DNA of 36,710 nt, from the NCBI GenBank assembly GCA_024275095.1, contig JAJRZV010000064.1, positions 1-36,710 on the forward strand. Reading direction: 5' to 3'. The notes beneath the pieces are model-generated. The model saw only the letters and a program-made list of their open reading frames with translations. It was not told the DNA's origin and did not search any database. Below are positions 36,446 to 36,710 of this stretch, one piece after another. The first letter of the stretch is position 1, and every line of letters starts with the position of its first letter. The position numbers and the translations under genes are program-made. Source of the stretch: a bacterium (GTDB lineage Bacteria > JAJRZV01).

Positions 36446-36710
36446 TTATTTGTCCGGTTCCAGAATCTCGATGTCTTCCACGATAATTTCTTTCCCGTAT
36501 TTTTTGTGTTCTTGGAATACCCCTGTAACACTTACGCGTTTGCCGTGCATATAACGGAATTGAATGCCTATACCTTCAAGATACTTCCGCGTATCTTTAA
36601 ATACAACGAGAGGAAGTTTCTTCGTGTTTTTCAACGCGATGATAATGGTTTGTCCCACATTAATGACCTTGTCAACAACACCCGTAATTTTTACTGTTCG
36701 CCCGTTCAAC
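36446..36710 (-). CDS. 3' end of a gene truncated by the window edge; OB-fold-like C-terminal domain
   Basis: GRTVKITGVV...LVVF...GKRVSVTG.F..H..YG.EIIV pattern. The frame is open at the window end. Confidence 0.55.
   Translation of the reverse strand, partial: LNGRTVKITGVVDKVINVGQTIIIALKNTKKLPLVVFKDTRKYLEGIGIQFRYMHGKRVSVTGVFQEHKKYGKEIIVEDIEILEPDK

Overview
A gene-dense bacterial chromosomal segment of roughly 50% GC, made mostly of housekeeping and metabolic genes. I saw no mobile elements, CRISPR arrays or tRNA/rRNA genes. From left to right: a minus-strand run nadA > secreted transglutaminase-like protein > O-antigen-ligase/TPR protein > polX-PHP > GAF-GGDEF cyclase; smpB-glnE-(DUF4388/J-domain/TPR); yitJ-like Hcy methyltransferase/MTHFR and an M19 dipeptidase; inositol-1-phosphate synthase convergent with an IPCT/DIPPS-like protein; hemerythrin and a HEAT-repeat protein; a DAGK-family kinase; rpmH-rnpA-yidD-yidC-[two uncharacterised lipoproteins]-mnmE-pdaD-speB; a secreted SRPBCC protein; wecB; an atypical shikimate-kinase-family protein; an Ltp3/Ltp4-like thiolase-fold pair with two DUF35 proteins; an orphan ABC substrate-binding-like protein; and a truncated OB-fold gene. 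The gene content suggests a thermophilic deltaproteobacterial/Myxococcota-like organism (inference). The best leads are the DIPP synthase with an apparently dead cytidylyltransferase domain, the lipoprotein pair inside the yidC operon, the steroid-aldolase-like cassette, a J-domain protein with MshEN-like motifs, and repeated leaderless-type promoter layouts. All family assignments come from motif recognition by eye; no searches were run.
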